DNA of 64,000 bases from an uncultured delta proteobacterium (GTDB lineage Bacteria > Desulfobacterota > Desulfomonilia > UBA1062). The position numbers and the translations under genes are program-made. Positions 61,436-64,000 of this stretch are shown one piece after another. The notes below the pieces were generated by a model, which was not told the origin of the DNA, searched no databases, and saw only the letters and a program-made list of their open reading frames with translations. Positions within the stretch are counted from its first letter, which is position 1, and each line of letters begins with the position of its first letter. The DNA lies in contig CAWAUM010000011.1 in NCBI GenBank assembly GCA_963785235.1, forward strand, positions 233,724 to 297,723. The letters run 5' to 3'.

Positions 61436-61813
61436 TTATGCATACCAGCTCTCTTGCCTTATTGATGCAGAGCTCTTTGTCCTTCATACCGTCACCGACA
61501 TCAAGAATGCTGCGGGTTTTTATGTCCCCCACATCAATACCGACAAGCTTGAAGAGGAAGTAATAAGGCAGCCAAAGACAAGATGTATTCCATCTGCAGC
61601 CAGGTGGGTGATGATGTGATCGATGCGAAGCACAGGCTTGTCATGAGGGGAATTCCCATCGATGTGATCAATAAGGTGATCAAGGACAAGGCAATTGAGC
61701 TGCTCATTATCGGCCATGAGGTCAGCAAGGGTGCCCTTGCCGGGTTCAGGAGCGATTATGCGGAGAAGTTCATGAAGAACCCGTCGATTCCTTTCCTGGT
61801 CTTGCCGGTTTAA
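61353..61813 (+). CDS. Universal stress protein UspA family (apparent frameshift near 61590)
   Basis: The N-terminus KVLCYIDYAKYSAFIVDYAYQLS..LFVLHTV and the C-terminus LLIIGHEVSKGALAGFRSDYAEKFMKNPSIPFLVLPV are in two frames. Confidence 0.6.
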
Positions 61814-62162
61814 TAAGGCTTATGGATGACATGATCCCAACTGTAGCCTGAGGCGGGATCTTTCCTTTTACGGACATCATCAAGTGGCGCCTGGTTTGAA
61901 CAAGAACCCCAGGGACTGCTCCGGGGTATAAAAGACAAGGCCTTTATCTTCTCTTAGCATCAGGATACGGGCACCCATGTGCATTTTTCATCCAGGGCGG
62001 GATGAGGGCAGCCTTAGCCCCCATCAGTGAAGGGTTATACCTGTGCTGCAGGATGGAGACCATGAGTTCATAGGTGTCCATTTTATCAATATCCCCGATA
62101 AAAACCCTCATGAAAGGACTCTTCAAGCGATGCCCTCCACTGACGCTCCAGGGGAAGGCCTT

Positions 62163-62712
62163 TTATGATTTCAATGGTCCCCGGAGCTGCTTCCTGGCGG
62201 AATAGAACTCAATTGCGTCCCCCCTGCCCGAGAAGTCGATACCGGCAGGGATGCATGCAGACAGGCTATCTGAACTCGCCAATGAACATGGAAGCTCGGT
62301 TGCCTTGATGGCTTCCGGCAGGAGGAACAGCTCAGGGGAGTTTCTCATGCTCGTGCCCATATAGTATGCATAGATCGACAGCGCGATGATGAAGATGCCG
62401 AAAAAGAAACGCAGGGGTTCCTTGTCTGGTTTCTTATTTAGAACCATTTGGGATGGATGGGTTTGTTGGAGAAAGTTTCCTTTTGTGTGCGTGTCGTAGT
62501 CATGCCCTATAGGGGGCTCTTCGAGGTATTCGTGCATGCGTTCTTCAGGCATGGGCCTCCCGGTCCTGTTCAGGCGGCCTGTCTGCATCCTTGCCGGCAG
62601 CCGTGTACTGCCCGAGGCGTTTCAGCAGCGCGGGAAGAACCAGGAAGAGGAGGAGGAGAATGATAGGCAGGAGTGAGTTAATGTCAATGGCAAAGGAGTT
62701 TCTTTCCATAAT
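62163..62712 (-). CDS. Hypothetical membrane protein (apparent frameshift near 62590)
   Basis: Manual translation from the ATG at about 62712 gives MIMERNSFAIDINSLLPIILLLLFLVLPALLKRLGQY..., joined out of frame to ORF 62163-62588. The latter has a TM helix and an IDFSGRG (DxSxxG-like) motif. No family is assigned. Confidence 0.3.
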
Positions 62713-62759
62713 CATATGATAATAACATAACGATCAAGTGAGTAAACACAAAAAATTTA

Positions 62760-63352
62760 TCGTAGTACCTGGTCAGTCTCATGGAAGTTATGATCTGAGT
62801 CCAGAGTTCATCCATGCCGTCACCCTTGGCGGCAGAGGTTATAACCGGAGACAGCCCGCACTGCTTTGAAGCTCGGATGCACGCTTGAGCCGCTGGCCGT
62901 AGCTCAGCTTGTCGGTCTTGGTGGCAACGAGTACGACCTTGGCCGGGCTTTTCGCCATGAGTTCAATGAGCATACGCTCCTCATCCTTCAAGGTCCCTGC
63001 GTATGTCCACAAGCAGCATGACGAGCTTCAGTTCGTTGTTGTTCGAGAGATATGTGGCAATCAGCTCGTCCCAGTTCTGGCTTATGGTCCTTGGATACCT
63101 TGGCATAGCCATAGCCCGGCAGGTCCACCAGATAGATGGAGGGCTGGTCCACCAGGTCCACCCGGAAGAAGTTGACGGCCCTGGGTCTTGCCCGGCATCT
63201 TGCTTGTTTTTACCAGGGATTTGCGGTTCACCAGCGTGTTGATGAGCGAGGACTTGCCCACATTCGATCTGCCTGCAAAGGCGAACTGGGGAAGCCCGGC
63301 GCTTGATGGGGAAAGGGCCCGGCAAAGGTGCGTCGCGTATTTTCACCTTCAT
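62760..63352 (-). CDS. engB: Ribosome biogenesis GTP-binding protein YihA/EngB (at least three apparent frameshifts)
   Basis: Shifted frames give [35 protein letters not shown] (G1/G2), [12 protein letters not shown] (G3 region), [11 protein letters not shown] (G4) and [22 protein letters not shown] (C-terminus). Confidence 0.7.
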
Positions 63353-64000
63353 AGGCTTTTCAGATAGGAGGCCACCCGGGACACCCCCTCCACGATGTTT
63401 TTCTCCGAGTTGGCGTAGGAGAACCGGATATACCCTTCAGCCCCGGGCCCGAAATCGATGCCCGGGGTAACACCCACGCCCGTGTGCTCCAGGATATCCA
63501 TGGCAAACAGGCAGGGAGTCGGTGCAAAGATCGCCCATGTTCACCAGGACATAAAAGGCGCCGGTGGGCTCCACCTCCACGTTGAACCCGTGCCGGGACA
63601 TCTCGGCGAGCATGACCTTTCTCCGGCCGGCAAAGGTCTGACTGCATGTCCTCCACATCCGCACCCGCCTCGGTGAGTGCCGCGACCCCTCCCCACTGGG
63701 CGATGGAGGGCGCGCAGATCATGAGGTTCTGCTGGATCTTCTGGGCGGTACGGATCAGTGACGGGGGGAAGACGGCCCATCCCAGCCTCCAGCCGGTCAT
63801 GGCATAGGCCTTGGAGAAGCCGTTGATGACGATGGCATTGTCCGTGAATTCAAGGATGGTGTGCTGCTCGGATTCATAGACCAGCCCGTGGTAGATCTCG
63901 TCGGAGATAATGGGGATGCCGAGGTTGCCAAGGCCTTCAGGTGCTCCGTGTCCAGGCAGACGCCCGTGGGGTTTGCCGGCGAGTTGATGAGCAGGGTTTT
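63349..64000 (-). CDS. Class I/II aminotransferase (aspartate/aromatic type), C-terminal two-thirds; continues past window end; at least two apparent frameshifts
   Basis: NSPANPTG...GFSKAYAMTGWRLGW is the PLP-lysine region. Then FAGRRKVMLAEMSRHGFNVEVEPTGAFYVLVNMGDL and the C-terminus [43 protein letters not shown] are in different frames. The stop is at 63349-63351. Confidence 0.75.

Overview
The window is a 64-kb bacterial chromosomal segment with about 52% GC and dense coding on both strands. By gene content it looks like a Gram-negative organism, possibly Deltaproteobacteria or Nitrospirae.

Recognisable content, in order along the window:
- pilQ(partial)-pilP-pilO-pilN-pilM type IVa pilus operon (1-3254, minus strand).
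- ftsB, a rhomboid protease, a DUF2905 protein and a HemW-like radical-SAM gene.
- dnaA, isolated from its usual neighbours.
- glgA, mtaB, a PolX-PHP polymerase, an ECF-type ABC ATPase and a bifunctional nuclease.
- A multi-PAS histidine kinase next to a sigma-54 (NtrC-family) regulator.
- rpsT, holA-lptE-leuS and a class A PBP (PBP1A-like, mrcA) co-operonic with a LysM protein.
- A secreted beta-propeller protein and mltD.
- rpoH followed by hsp20.
- The classic rsmG-mnmE-jag-yidC-yidD-rnpA-rpmH block.
- pgeF, coaE, proC, a LOG-family protein and a PHP protein.

The most distinctive region is a second, non-canonical T2SS/T4P-like machinery operon (41.8-53.0 kb, minus strand). It contains a lipoprotein secretin, PilP/GspC-, GspM- and GspL-like proteins, a pseudopilin, GspF, a GspE-type ATPase with tandem MshEN (c-di-GMP-binding) motifs, a GspG-like major pilin, a large modular pilin with a vWA domain, and a minor pilin. 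A c-di-GMP/phosphorelay signalling island lies 56-62 kb. It holds a REC-GGDEF protein, an HDOD protein, a GAF-PAS hybrid kinase, a REC-DHp protein with a degenerate His site, a REC protein and a Usp protein.

A family of about 75-bp perfect-palindrome elements with conserved asymmetric flanks occurs at least three times. The stems show compensatory substitutions.

About 25 genes, including essential ones, are interrupted by single apparent frameshifts. That is roughly one per 2.5 kb, and it points to indel sequencing errors (or, less likely, massive pseudogenisation). No tRNA, rRNA or CRISPR array was recognised.
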